DNA of 64,000 nt from Patescibacteria group bacterium (GCA_028716045.1 JAQUQO010000001.1:192942-256941); one strand, 5' to 3'. Positions 19,520 to 28,695 are shown, counted from the first letter of the stretch. The notes: generated by a model not told the origin, from the sequence alone. Translations and numbers: made by a program.

Positions 19520-19551
19520 CTTGACCCGTCAGTCGCGACTGACGGGTCTTG
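19520..19551 (+). mobile_element. 24-bp palindrome, copy 2
   Basis: CTTG ACCCGTCAGTCGCGACTGACGGGT CTTG. Confidence 0.8.
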
Positions 19552-19577
19552 ACAAATCCTTCAAAACATGCTATGAT
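19549..19577 (+). promoter_or_regulatory. Strong sigma70 promoter with no downstream ORF
   Basis: TTGACA-17-TATGAT, TGn extension. Confidence 0.75.
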
Positions 19578-19581
19578 ATAA

Positions 19582-19762
19582 CGTTATAGTGCCTGGAAAA
19601 TTTAGTTGGCTAAGATTAGCGGAAAGCACTCTTTTGGGATGAAAATTTGGCTATAAATAGAGAAAATATAGCTAAGTTTCCATCCCGAGAGGGATGCCCC
19701 TTCGGGGGTCAAAGCTTATGTTTTGTCTTTTCTGCTATTCAGCCTTTTCCGGCTCTATAACG
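19582..19762 (+). ncRNA. ~180-nt rod-like structured RNA (6S RNA candidate)
   Basis: Begins at predicted TSS; ends pair CGTTATAG/CTATAACG; nested stems with G-U pairs on + strand; C(UUCG)G loop. Confidence 0.6.
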
Positions 19763-19820
19763 GATTTGCACATTACTTAAGCCCACAAAATTTTCCCCCC
19801 GAGAAGGAGGGTCAAAATTT

Positions 19821-19982
19821 AGAAAAGAACGTAGAAAGAGAGTAAAAAAACAATATAGAAATTTAAAGGAAACATTTTTTCATGAGAGTTTTCTCTCACA
19901 AAAAAATATTTTAAGCTTTTTAAGCTTAATAGTTTCCCCTCCAAATTTCTCTTACTCTCCTTTTCCTCTACGTTCTTTTTCT
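19821..19982 (-). ncRNA. ~160-nt long-hairpin RNA candidate
   Basis: AAAAGAACGTAGA/TCTACGTTCTTTT plus three inner stems; wobble pairs favour - strand. Confidence 0.4.
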
Positions 19983-19984
19983 TT

Positions 19985-20695
19985 TTATTTTATTTCTAAA
20001 CCAGCCACCATGTCTTCAAAAACTTTTTTATATCCCCGGTCGTCGCTGTCCAAAGCGCCTTCCATTATTTTGTCGGCCATTTTAAAGAAGTAGTGCGCGA
20101 AGATTTGGCCGTTTTTATTTTTATAAAATGCTTCCAGCCCGTCGAAACCATTAATAGTAATTTTTTCGCTGGAAGAAAGTTTCCAGTCCTTATTTTCGGT
20201 TAACAAGCTTTTTTCTGCCGCCTCCTCTAAACTTTTCTCCGGGCTGATAGTAAATTTTATTGTCCCCTCGCCCCCGATTTTTAATTTTGGATAAAATTCA
20301 GCGATAGTCTCCGGGTCAAAAGTGGAACTCGCGTAAGTCCAATTTTTTGGATATTGGACGGTGAATTTATAAATGTCATTGGTGTAAATTTGCGGAGCAT
20401 TTGAAGCGGAGTTATTAGTTGTCGGCTCTGCCAGTGTTCCGAGTTTTTTATTCTGTGAGTTAATATCTTTTTGCTGTTCGGAGTAGCGGGAGTAGTATTG
20501 CTCCGCAGTTTCGGCAAAATAATTAGAAACGATGTGAAGTTGTCTGGTGAGGAGCGCCATCCAAAAAAGCAGACCGATATTAAGCGCGATTAGAATGATA
20601 ATTGCTCCGCTGGTCAGAGAGATTTTTTTATTATTTTTTCCGGAGTTTAATTTTATTTTTTTGAAGATTTTCTTTCCGCCGCCTAGTTTCAACAT
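19985..20695 (-). CDS. Membrane-anchored exported protein (PsbP-like C-terminal domain)
   Basis: One TM segment; YTNDIYKFTVQYPKNW; ITINGFDG. Confidence 0.7.
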   Translation of the reverse strand: MLKLGGGKKIFKKIKLNSGKNNKKISLTSGAIIILIALNIGLLFWMALLTRQLHIVSNYFAETAEQYYSRYSEQQKDINSQNKKLGTLAEPTTNNSASNAPQIYTNDIYKFTVQYPKNWTYASSTFDPETIAEFYPKLKIGGEGTIKFTISPEKSLEEAAEKSLLTENKDWKLSSSEKITINGFDGLEAFYKNKNGQIFAHYFFKMADKIMEGALDSDDRGYKKVFEDMVAGLEIK

Positions 20696-20823
20696 AGGTT
20701 TAATTTTATTTTTTAAAACGCAGGGTAATTATACCATATTTTATTATTTCTCCCAATAATACTGTGGATTATTTTATAATTGCTCCGCCGGCCGATAAAT
20801 GATATTATAACTAAATACTTTTT

Positions 20824-21369
20824 ATGTACGATTTGATACAAAAAGCCGTGAAAATTGCGGTGATGGCGCATGGCAATCAAAAAAGGAAAGACAACAAAAA
20901 GTTGCCATTTATTTTCCATCCGATTTCGGTGGGAATGATTTTATTAAAAGAAGGATTTAATGATAAAGTTGTGGCCGCGGGGATTCTGCACGATGTTTTT
21001 GAGGATACTAATTTTAGCAAAGAGGAAATGATAAAAGAAGTAGGGGAAGACGTTGTAGAAATAGTAGAATATGCTACCCATAACAATCGACTGTTTTGGG
21101 AGGAAAAAATGGAAGAATACATAAAAAAATTAAGGTTTGCTCCCAGCGGAGCCAAGGCGGTCGTGGCTGCCGACAAAATTCATAATTTAAGCTGTTTTTG
21201 CGAGACTTACAAAAAATCCGGTCAAAATTTATGGAAAAAATTTCACGGCGGGCGAAGTGCACAGATTAAATTTCATGAGAATGTTTATTTGTCTTTAAGC
21301 AATGAGTGGGGCCATCGTTTGCTCAGGGAGTATAAAAAGTTGATTCAGAAGTTTAAAAAGTTAAAATAA
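20824..21369 (+). CDS. HD-domain hydrolase, small alarmone hydrolase (Mesh1/SpoT-HD)-like
   Basis: AHGNQKRK..PFIFHP, AGILHDVFEDT, ADKIHNL. Confidence 0.88.
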   Translation: MYDLIQKAVKIAVMAHGNQKRKDNKKLPFIFHPISVGMILLKEGFNDKVVAAGILHDVFEDTNFSKEEMIKEVGEDVVEIVEYATHNNRLFWEEKMEEYIKKLRFAPSGAKAVVAADKIHNLSCFCETYKKSGQNLWKKFHGGRSAQIKFHENVYLSLSNEWGHRLLREYKKLIQKFKKLK

Positions 21370-21371
21370 TT

Positions 21372-22046
21372 ATGTCTATAAAGAAAAAGAAAAAATGGCT
21401 GTCGCATAGCGGACTTTCCGGCAAGGAACGTTGTCCTAGGTGTTTTTGGCTGCAATATAACAAAGGAATTTACCAGCCCGAAGGAATAGTTTCCCGTTTG
21501 GCTAACAGATTTGACAATGTTATTAAGAATTATTTTGACCTTTATCGGCCTTTAGGAGAATTGCCGCCGATGATTGAGGGGAAAGTGAAAGGTAAATTAG
21601 AAAATCCTTTTCAGGAGATATATTTTTATGATTATGATAATGATTATGGTTTTTACGGCAAGCTGGACGAATGTTTAGTCGGTAAGGACGGTAAATATAC
21701 GCCGGTGGACCACAAAACTTCCAGTTCCGACCCGCGCGAAAAAGAAACCTTGCCGGCTTATCAGGAGCAATTGGACGCCTACGCTTTTCTCTTGGAAAAA
21801 AACGGGAAACCGGCGAGCGGCATCGGTCATCTTATTTATTTCTATCCCGACCATAGTGAAAAACTGCACAATGGTTTCCCGATGATTATCCACGTGGAAA
21901 CACTAAAAACCAATACCAAAAATACTTTAAAGAGAATAGAGGAGGGGATTAAAATTTTACGCGGCCAGATTCCGGAGCCGTCTGCCGCTTGCCCCTTTTG
22001 TTCGTGGTACGATGCCTTGTCCAAAGAATTAAAAAATAAATTATAG
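21372..22046 (+). CDS. PD-(D/E)XK nuclease (Cas4/RecB-like)
   Basis: CPRCFWL, GKLDE, PVDHKT, QLDAYA, CPFC. Confidence 0.85.
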   Translation: MSIKKKKKWLSHSGLSGKERCPRCFWLQYNKGIYQPEGIVSRLANRFDNVIKNYFDLYRPLGELPPMIEGKVKGKLENPFQEIYFYDYDNDYGFYGKLDECLVGKDGKYTPVDHKTSSSDPREKETLPAYQEQLDAYAFLLEKNGKPASGIGHLIYFYPDHSEKLHNGFPMIIHVETLKTNTKNTLKRIEEGIKILRGQIPEPSAACPFCSWYDALSKELKNKL

Positions 22047-22049
22047 TTT

Positions 22050-22391
22050 ATGAAATTATTTTTGCGCTGGATGATTTACGCCGCCGCCCTTATTTTAGCG
22101 GCTTATTTGATTCCCGGCGTGGCAGTAGCCAGCTTTTATTCGGCTTTGATAGCCGCCCTGATTCTCGGACTGATTAACGCGCTCATCCGGCCGCTGGTTA
22201 TTATTCTGACTTTGCCCATAAATATCTTGAGTCTGGGGATTTTTACTTTTATTATCAATGCCCTGATGTTGTGGTTAGCCAGCACTATGGTTAAAGGTTT
22301 TTATATAGCGGATTTTGGTTCAGCTCTGTGGGCGGCCTTGCTTTTGTGGATTATTTCTTTAGCTGTTAATTGGATTTTTAAAGAAGATTAA
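22050..22391 (+). CDS. 4-TM phage holin family (YvlD-like) membrane protein
   Basis: LINALIRP..LTLPINILSLGIFTFIINA. Confidence 0.92.
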   Translation: MKLFLRWMIYAAALILAAYLIPGVAVASFYSALIAALILGLINALIRPLVIILTLPINILSLGIFTFIINALMLWLASTMVKGFYIADFGSALWAALLLWIISLAVNWIFKED

Positions 22392-22409
22392 AATTATTTG
22401 CCGTTGATT

Positions 22410-22571
22410 ATGAAAAACCATTCGCGCCGAAATTTAAACAAAAAAGAGGTCGCTTATCGGATGCCGTCGCGTTTTTTGGCCAATAAGCCCCAAAAAGCGA
22501 GTTTGCCGGTTGAAGAAACACCGCACAAAGGGAGCAGAGAAAAGAAAGAGAGAATAAAATATGCCATCTAA
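22410..22571 (+). CDS. Possible 53-aa basic small protein
   Basis: MKNHSRRNL..RIKYAI*; fills the gap and its stop overlaps the pyrH start. Confidence 0.35.
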   Translation: MKNHSRRNLNKKEVAYRMPSRFLANKPQKASLPVEETPHKGSREKKERIKYAI

Positions 22572-23247
22572 AAAAGTAGTTATTTCCCTGGGCGGTTCTT
22601 TGGTGTATACCAAGTCGGGGATTGATGACAATTTTTTGAGAAAATTCAGAAATTTTATAGTTGCGCAAACTAAGAGAAACGTGAAATTCATTATTGTCGT
22701 CGGTGGCGGAGTTTTAGCGCGAAACTATCAGGAGGTTGTCAGAAAGATAAAAACCGCCAGCGATGTTGACCTTGATTGGGCGGGGATAATGGCGACGCGA
22801 GCCAATGCTTCGTTAGTGAAAATCGCCCTCGGTAATTTATGCGAAGACCAAATAGCCATTAATCTTAATGGCACGATAAAATGGTCTAAAAAAGTTTTGG
22901 TAGCCGCCGGCTGGAAACCGGGGTGGTCAACAGATTATGATGCCGTATATTTAGCAGACAAATTTAAAATTAAAACCGTTGTTAATTTATCCAATGTTGA
23001 TTTTATTTACGATAAAAATCCCCTGAAATATAAAACCGCCCGCCCCCAAAAAGAGTTGTCATGGAGAGAATATCTGAAAATAGTCGGGAATAAATGGGTG
23101 CCGGGGTCCAATCTGCCGTTTGACCCCATTGCCAGCCAGTTGGGGAAAAAGAAAAAAATAAGAGCGGTGTTTTTAAATGGCCGGAATTTTGTTAATTTAG
23201 AAAGATGTTTGGGCGGGAAAAGTTTCAAGGGGTCGGTAATTAAATAG
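22561..23247 (+). CDS. pyrH: UMP kinase, archaeal type
   Basis: VISLGGS, VGGGVLARNYQ, GIMATRANA, PGWSTDYDA, PFDPIA. Confidence 0.95.
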   Translation: MPSKKVVISLGGSLVYTKSGIDDNFLRKFRNFIVAQTKRNVKFIIVVGGGVLARNYQEVVRKIKTASDVDLDWAGIMATRANASLVKIALGNLCEDQIAINLNGTIKWSKKVLVAAGWKPGWSTDYDAVYLADKFKIKTVVNLSNVDFIYDKNPLKYKTARPQKELSWREYLKIVGNKWVPGSNLPFDPIASQLGKKKKIRAVFLNGRNFVNLERCLGGKSFKGSVIK

Positions 23248-23315
23248 ATGACTGGTCGGGCGAAATTTAAGCCGGGGGTTGATTATAGCGTCTAAAATGA
23301 CGCTTTTTTAAATCG

Positions 23316-23375
23316 CTTGACCCGTTGGTCGCGACCGATGGGTCTTGACCAGTCAGTCGCGACTGACTGGTCTTG
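23316..23375 (+). mobile_element. Two tandem 24-bp palindromes (copies 3 and 4) separated by CTTG
   Basis: CTTG ACCCGTTGGTCGCGACCGATGGGT CTTG ACCAGTCAGTCGCGACTGACTGGT CTTG. Confidence 0.82.
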
Positions 23376-23400
23376 ACAGATTTTTAGGGTTTGTTATAAT
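23373..23400 (+). promoter_or_regulatory. rplJL promoter
   Basis: TTGACA-16-TATAAT, TGn extension. Confidence 0.8.
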
Positions 23401-23431
23401 AAGTTAAAAGTTAATAATTTAGTTAATTTTT

Positions 23432-23517
23432 AACCACAGACAGCGGGGTCCCGAGCGTTCGGGATTAAACCCAAACCCTGCCGAGGTTAGCAGAAGATAT
23501 TCTTAGTATCTGTGGTT
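23432..23517 (+). promoter_or_regulatory. Ribosomal protein L10 leader
   Basis: AGACAGCGGGG..TAAA..CCCTGCCGAGG core upstream of rplJ; closing stem AACCACAGA/TCTGTGGTT. Confidence 0.8.
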
Positions 23518-23552
23518 TTTCCGCAGATTTTTTATTTTTAATCCATAAAAAT

Positions 23553-24068
23553 ATGCCCAAAACTAAACAAAAAAAACAGGAAATTTTAAAAAGTTTTAAA
23601 GATAAATTAGCCACCGCTAAAGCGGTTGTTTTTGCCAAATTTACCGGTTTAACCGTTAAGGACATAACTGATTTACGCAATAAATGCCGCAAGGAGGGGG
23701 TTTTTTACGGCGTAGCCAAAAAGACCTTGTTAAAGAAAGCTTTAGATGAGGCCGGCTTTAATCTTCCCTTAGACGGTGAAATTGCCGTGGCTTTTTCCGA
23801 AAAAGACGAAGTAGCCGCTGCTAAGATTTTAGACATTTTTGCCAAAGACCACGAGCAGGTTAAATTTTTATCCGGTATTTTAGAAAATAAGATTTTGACC
23901 GCCGAAGAAGTCAAAGGTCTTGCCAAGTTGCCTTCAAAGAAAGAATTATTGGCTAAAATGGTAGGCAGTATTCAGGCTCCGGTGAGCGGGTTTGTCAATG
24001 TTCTCGCGGGTAATTTACGCGGTTTAGCGAACGTGCTCAACGCTATTAAAAATCAAAAAACTAATTAA
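23553..24068 (+). CDS. rplJ: 50S ribosomal protein L10
   Basis: GLTVKDITDLR, VAKKTL, LAKLPSKKELLA. Confidence 0.97.
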   Translation: MPKTKQKKQEILKSFKDKLATAKAVVFAKFTGLTVKDITDLRNKCRKEGVFYGVAKKTLLKKALDEAGFNLPLDGEIAVAFSEKDEVAAAKILDIFAKDHEQVKFLSGILENKILTAEEVKGLAKLPSKKELLAKMVGSIQAPVSGFVNVLAGNLRGLANVLNAIKNQKTN

Positions 24069-24094
24069 TCATATAATTAACTAACAAAAAACAT

Positions 24095-24499
24095 ATGAGC
24101 GAAGAAAAAAAAGAAGTTATTGTTCCCGAAAAGTTTAAATCTTTAGTTGGGGAAATCGAAAAAATGTCCGTTTTGGATTTAGCTGAGCTGGTTAAAATTT
24201 TAGAAGACAAGTTCGGCGTTTCCGCCGCCGCTCCGGTGGCGATGGTCGGCGCTATGCCGGGAGCCGCCGCTCCGGCCGTGGAAGAAAAAGATTCCTTTAA
24301 TGTGGAATTAACTGAATCTGGCGCCAATAAGATTGCCGTTATCAAGGCGGTTCGTGAAGTTACTGGTCTTGGTCTAAAAGATGCTAAAGATATGGTTGAT
24401 GGAGCCCCGAAGGTTGTTAAAGAAGGAGTCGCTAAAGCCGATGCTGAAACAATGAAGAAGAAATTGGAAGAAGCCGGCGCCAAAGTGGCCCTGAAATAA
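24095..24499 (+). CDS. rplL: 50S ribosomal protein L7/L12
   Basis: [32 protein letters not shown]. Confidence 0.99.
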   Translation: MSEEKKEVIVPEKFKSLVGEIEKMSVLDLAELVKILEDKFGVSAAAPVAMVGAMPGAAAPAVEEKDSFNVELTESGANKIAVIKAVREVTGLGLKDAKDMVDGAPKVVKEGVAKADAETMKKKLEEAGAKVALK

Positions 24500-24517
24500 G
24501 ATTGTTAATAAAGTTTA

Positions 24518-24561
24518 CAATTCAAAAACTCTCCCGAATACTCGGGAGAGTTTTTGAATTG
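24518..24561. terminator. Bidirectional terminator
   Basis: CAATTCAAAAACTCTCCCGA..TCGGGAGAGTTTTTGAATTG. Confidence 0.85.
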
Positions 24562-24562
24562 G

Positions 24563-27115
24563 TTATTTTAAGTGAGTAGCATTAATACTGTAAATTTGCG
24601 TTCCGTTTAGCAGGTAGATTTTTTTTAATGTTTCATCAACGGTAAAATCTTTCAGGTCGTTAAATTTGTCGGAATAATATTGAACCGTCAGCTTTCCGTT
24701 TTTATCAAAAACAAGCAATCTTTTCTCTGGGGGTTCAAGAACATAGAGGTAGCTTGACTTTGCGGAAGTCCATAATTTAGAAGGATTGGCCCAAGCGGGG
24801 TCAGGCAGAGTTGGTTCAAATTTTTGTTTATAGCCGCTTAGAAATTTTAATATTTCGCCGTTATTTTTGAGTACATAGGCGCCGCCGTCTACCGCGAAAG
24901 AAACGAGGCCGTCAAGGTTTACCGTTTCATCTTTTATCCAGGCATTGCCGCGGGCGTATCCGTCCAAAGCTTCATTGTGGCGGAAAATCTGGCGATTAAA
25001 AGTATCCAATAAGTAAAGTCTATTATTATAGAGAGACATTTCTTTAATATCCGCGCTGCTGTTATTTAGGTTAATAGCTACATCTTTGAGGGTATTATCT
25101 TTGATGTTTAATTCTACGAGGCTGCGGTTACTGCGGTAAAAAAGGATTGTGTTTTCATTTTTATTTATAGCTAAATTAAGATGCCCGAGTGAAGTAGAGC
25201 TTTCTTTTAAAATATCAATCGTATTTTCCGCTCCGAGATTGAGCCGATAGATCACGTTATTAAAGGGGTTAAAAGTGAAAAGTTTATTGCCGCTGGCAAT
25301 AATTTTAAATAATTGAATCGTCGGGTCAACGGTTTTAAAATCAGCTACTACTATTGGGGCAGAGATGTTTTCCACCTTTCTCAATTTTTCCAATAAGACA
25401 TTTAGCTCATCAAGAAGATTAGATTTTGTTTCCCTTTGTTTTTTTTGCCCAGCAGGGAGGGTTTCAACCAATTTTTTCGCTTCCCAAAGCAAGCCCCGAC
25501 CCTTATTTTCGTCGTTATAGATGATACTTGCTTCGGCGGCGTTTTTCTTATTTTCTATTTCTTGCAATTGGTCATTGTAGGCGATTGCAGATTCTTCACT
25601 TTTTTGTTTTAAAGAAAGAACGGCGATACTGCTAATAAAGAGTATCCCCAAGACAATAGTTATGATAAGCAAAATTTGGCTGGTGCGCGGCAATTGTTTA
25701 AATTTAAATTTCAGGTAATACAGTAATCTTGCGAATTTTTCCCCAAATTCTTTAGTTTTCGTTTTTAATTTTTCATTGTCAATAATATGGGCCGGAGAGA
25801 ATTTTCTGATTTTTTCCGCATCAGCTGTTTTTTTAACGGTTTTTTCCATCCACAGCCAGCCATTAAAGAAAGAAATTTTTAAAAAGCCGGCCAGCTTAAA
25901 TAATCGGCCGTAGACGTTCCCACATAAAAGGGCAATTTTTCCGGGTTTATTCGGGAGAATTTCAGTCAGCTCGGGAATTATTTCCGTCGCTACCGCATCC
26001 GCAGTTATTTTTTGCTCCTCCCCGTCAATAGTGATTTTTTGACTTTGCTCTAAAATCAACATTTTCTTTTCTTCTTCAATTTTTCTTTGTTCCAAGAGCC
26101 ATTGCTGTTTTCGCAGTTGTCTGGTTTTTAATTTTTTTTGTCGGGCGGTGTGATATTCTTTTTTATATTCCTTGATTTTTTCCAGGAGTTTTTTCACGAA
26201 AATTTTGCTCCGCATATTTAAAATTCCAGATGTTCTAGATAAATTCCTCCGGATGTTCAACAATAGAGAGGGAGAGAGGAATTCTTTGGTTTTTTCTTCG
26301 GTGCCAAGGAGTTGGGCGATAGATGTCTGGGAGGTCAGTTTAGATGGCTGGTTTGAAGGTTTTTCCCTTTGGTCGCTTAATTTGGCCACAATCGCCGCCA
26401 CGCTTACATTGGGGTTTGCCTCGTTAAGCAGATTTTTCAATTGTTGAAGAGCCGAAGTGACAGTTAGGGTGGTGAGCGTAGTTTTAAGTTTTTCCAAAGA
26501 GAAATAATCCAGTAAAGCGGAAGTGCAAAACAGTAAAGAATCTTCAGAATTGATTTTCCCGCTGATTATATTGGAAAAAATTCGTATAAGGTTTAATCTT
26601 TCGCTTTCACTCGGCGCGCCTTCCAGGACATTAAGCATGATGTAATCGTCATTTTTCTTTTTATGAATTAAAAAAGCATTGGTTTGGCCAATGTTTGTAA
26701 AATAAAGATATTTATTTTTAATAACCCCGATAAGAGCATTTAATTTTTCCGGAACTAAATCGAGATTCTGCTCTTTTATCAAATGAGTTAATTTTTGATT
26801 TATCTTTTGCAGGGATTCTTCAAAAATTGTTTCTATATTTTCCAGCCCGTCCAAATAAAGTTGGGTCGCTCCTGCCGGTTGATTAAGCATCAATTTATTA
26901 AAGGTTCCATAATAAGCATTTTCCATTTCAGCGATTATAGTATTGATTATCTTTTGGCTGTCTTTGCTCTGATAATTGATTTCGATGATACCAAAAAGAT
27001 TCCCGAGAGAATTTTTTTCATCGGGAGTGATATTGGAAGTAAAAGCATAGCAAGTCGAACGACTTCGCGGGGAGGTGATAATTAAACGGTCAATTTGGAC
27101 AGCGGGTCTAATCAT
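24563..27115 (-). CDS. Large membrane protein: PP2C-like N-terminus, one TM, C-terminal beta-propeller
   Basis: 850 aa; SGKINSEDSLLFCT; NHL-like repeats (LYLLD, LYVLE). Confidence 0.75.
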   Translation of the reverse strand: MIRPAVQIDRLIITSPRSRSTCYAFTSNITPDEKNSLGNLFGIIEINYQSKDSQKIINTIIAEMENAYYGTFNKLMLNQPAGATQLYLDGLENIETIFEESLQKINQKLTHLIKEQNLDLVPEKLNALIGVIKNKYLYFTNIGQTNAFLIHKKKNDDYIMLNVLEGAPSESERLNLIRIFSNIISGKINSEDSLLFCTSALLDYFSLEKLKTTLTTLTVTSALQQLKNLLNEANPNVSVAAIVAKLSDQREKPSNQPSKLTSQTSIAQLLGTEEKTKEFLSPSLLLNIRRNLSRTSGILNMRSKIFVKKLLEKIKEYKKEYHTARQKKLKTRQLRKQQWLLEQRKIEEEKKMLILEQSQKITIDGEEQKITADAVATEIIPELTEILPNKPGKIALLCGNVYGRLFKLAGFLKISFFNGWLWMEKTVKKTADAEKIRKFSPAHIIDNEKLKTKTKEFGEKFARLLYYLKFKFKQLPRTSQILLIITIVLGILFISSIAVLSLKQKSEESAIAYNDQLQEIENKKNAAEASIIYNDENKGRGLLWEAKKLVETLPAGQKKQRETKSNLLDELNVLLEKLRKVENISAPIVVADFKTVDPTIQLFKIIASGNKLFTFNPFNNVIYRLNLGAENTIDILKESSTSLGHLNLAINKNENTILFYRSNRSLVELNIKDNTLKDVAINLNNSSADIKEMSLYNNRLYLLDTFNRQIFRHNEALDGYARGNAWIKDETVNLDGLVSFAVDGGAYVLKNNGEILKFLSGYKQKFEPTLPDPAWANPSKLWTSAKSSYLYVLEPPEKRLLVFDKNGKLTVQYYSDKFNDLKDFTVDETLKKIYLLNGTQIYSINATHLK

Positions 27116-27203
27116 TTTTGGGGTGGTATTTGTTATTCACATTTATTTATATTATAATATAAATAGCTAAAAAGTAAAAGAATCTTTGTTAATATCTTAT
27201 TTT

Positions 27204-27833
27204 ATGCTTGAACACTTATTTGGTTCAAAAGCCAGGGTGAAATTATTGCGCCTGTTTTTGAATAATCCGGATAAACCATTTTTTGTTCGGGAGCTTAGCC
27301 GTTATTTGAAATTACAGATTAATTCCATCAGAAGAGAATTGCAAAACCTAGAAACCATTGGCATCATTATGGTGGATAGGGGAGCGGCGGAAGAGTCGGC
27401 TCCGGGCAAGGGTAAAGGAAAGAAGGGAGGTAAAATAAAAAAGAGCCGCGCTAGCCAGAAGAAATTTTTTAAGGCGGACAGAAGTTTTATCCTTTACAAA
27501 GATTTAAAAAATCTTTTGGTCAAAGCACAGGTTCTTTTAGAGAATGATTTTATTAAAAAGTTAAAAAAATTCGGTAGCCTAAGTTATTTGGCTTTATCCG
27601 GAGTTTTTGTCGGGCAGGACAATTCCTCGACCGATATTTTGATTGTTGGCAAAATGGATAGAAGAAAATTGAAAAGATTAGTGCGAACATTTGAGAAGGA
27701 GCTGGGAATGGAATTGCGGGTGACACTGATGGCGGTGAAAGAATTTGAATATCGCCGTAATATAACGGATAGATTTTTATATGGTATTCTGGACGGCAAG
27801 AAGATAGTTTTAGTAGATAAGTGGGGCAAATAA
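27204..27833 (+). CDS. Winged HTH plus nucleotidyltransferase-like protein
   Basis: LFGSKARVKLL..FVRELSR..INSIRREL; TDILIVG. Confidence 0.8.
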   Translation: MLEHLFGSKARVKLLRLFLNNPDKPFFVRELSRYLKLQINSIRRELQNLETIGIIMVDRGAAEESAPGKGKGKKGGKIKKSRASQKKFFKADRSFILYKDLKNLLVKAQVLLENDFIKKLKKFGSLSYLALSGVFVGQDNSSTDILIVGKMDRRKLKRLVRTFEKELGMELRVTLMAVKEFEYRRNITDRFLYGILDGKKIVLVDKWGK

Positions 27834-27839
27834 AAAGCT

Positions 27840-28250
27840 ATGTTTTTATTTATTAATACAGCCGAAGAAGAGAGATTACTGGCGGGGCTGATTTCCGCTA
27901 CTGGAACAATTTTGAAAGCCGCGGAAATTAAGGAAGGTGCGGAGAGAAGGGAATCGTTGTTAGGGTTGGTTGATAAATTATTATTGGCCAGCAAATTTTT
28001 TTCCGAAAAAATAAAAGGAATTATCGTAGTGACCGGTCCGGGAAGATTTAGCCGTTTGCGGTCAGCTGTTGTTTTAGCCAATACTTTATCTTTCGCTTTG
28101 GGTATCCCCGTGGCTGGAATGAATTTGGAGGAAGTGAAAAATCAAAGCGGTCTTATTAAAAAGGGCATAGCCAAGATTAAAAAAGGAGGGGATACGGTAG
28201 TCGCCCCTTTCTACGGCAAAGAGCCAAACATCACCCGCCGGAAATCTTGA
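27840..28250 (+). CDS. tsaB: Short TsaB-like protein (t6A synthesis)
   Basis: LFINT, IIVVTGPGRFSRLR..ANTL, PFYGKEPNIT. Confidence 0.8.
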   Translation: MFLFINTAEEERLLAGLISATGTILKAAEIKEGAERRESLLGLVDKLLLASKFFSEKIKGIIVVTGPGRFSRLRSAVVLANTLSFALGIPVAGMNLEEVKNQSGLIKKGIAKIKKGGDTVVAPFYGKEPNITRRKS

Positions 28251-28277
28251 CACGTCGGTCGCGACTGACGTGTCTTG
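28246..28277 (+). mobile_element. 24-bp palindrome, copy 5
   Basis: CTTG ACACGTCGGTCGCGACTGACGTGT CTTG; the junction supplies the tsaB stop. Confidence 0.8.
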
Positions 28278-28303
28278 ACAAATTCAGCTTTTTATGCTAT
28301 ATT
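28275..28303 (+). promoter_or_regulatory. sigma70 promoter
   Basis: TTGACA-17-TATATT, TGn extension. Confidence 0.75.
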
Positions 28304-28329
28304 ATTTATATAAATAATAAGTTAAAATT

Positions 28330-28695
28330 ATGAGTTTTGAATTTATGCCAAATAATAGTCAACAATCTTCAGGGTCAAGATCTGAAAGGCCAAGAATTGT
28401 AGAAGCCAAGCTTGAGCAATTATTACCTACGGCACAGGAGATGCTAGATGACCCCGATAAAATTGACACTTATATTAATATGAAGGTTGCTCAGTTAGAC
28501 CCTGTGACCAAGGGGTTACTTAGCGAGGAAACAGGTAAAACCGGCATAAAAAAAGAAGATAGGTTTAGAGAAGCTATACGACGCGCTCTGCCCACTCATT
28601 TAGAGTCCGTGGAGAACTATGGACAAACTAACGAGGCTTTCGAAAAAGCAGTAAACAACGTGATAAGGAAAACCATAGAGGGTTTCAAGATGTAA
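28330..28695 (+). CDS. Hypothetical protein
   Basis: 121 aa ORF downstream of a promoter. Confidence 0.65.
   Translation: MSFEFMPNNSQQSSGSRSERPRIVEAKLEQLLPTAQEMLDDPDKIDTYINMKVAQLDPVTKGLLSEETGKTGIKKEDRFREAIRRALPTHLESVENYGQTNEAFEKAVNNVIRKTIEGFKM

Noticed and set aside
19582-19982. tmRNA, RNase P or SRP RNA
   Set aside because: No tRNA-like ends, no GAGGAAAGTCC motif and no SRP domain IV motif seen on either strand.
22050-22391. Prophage marked by a holin
   Set aside because: The YvlD-like family is usually chromosomal, and no phage genes are nearby.
23316-23375. 28-bp periodic palindromes as a CRISPR array
   Set aside because: Only two units, no unique spacers, and the other copies are dispersed singly.
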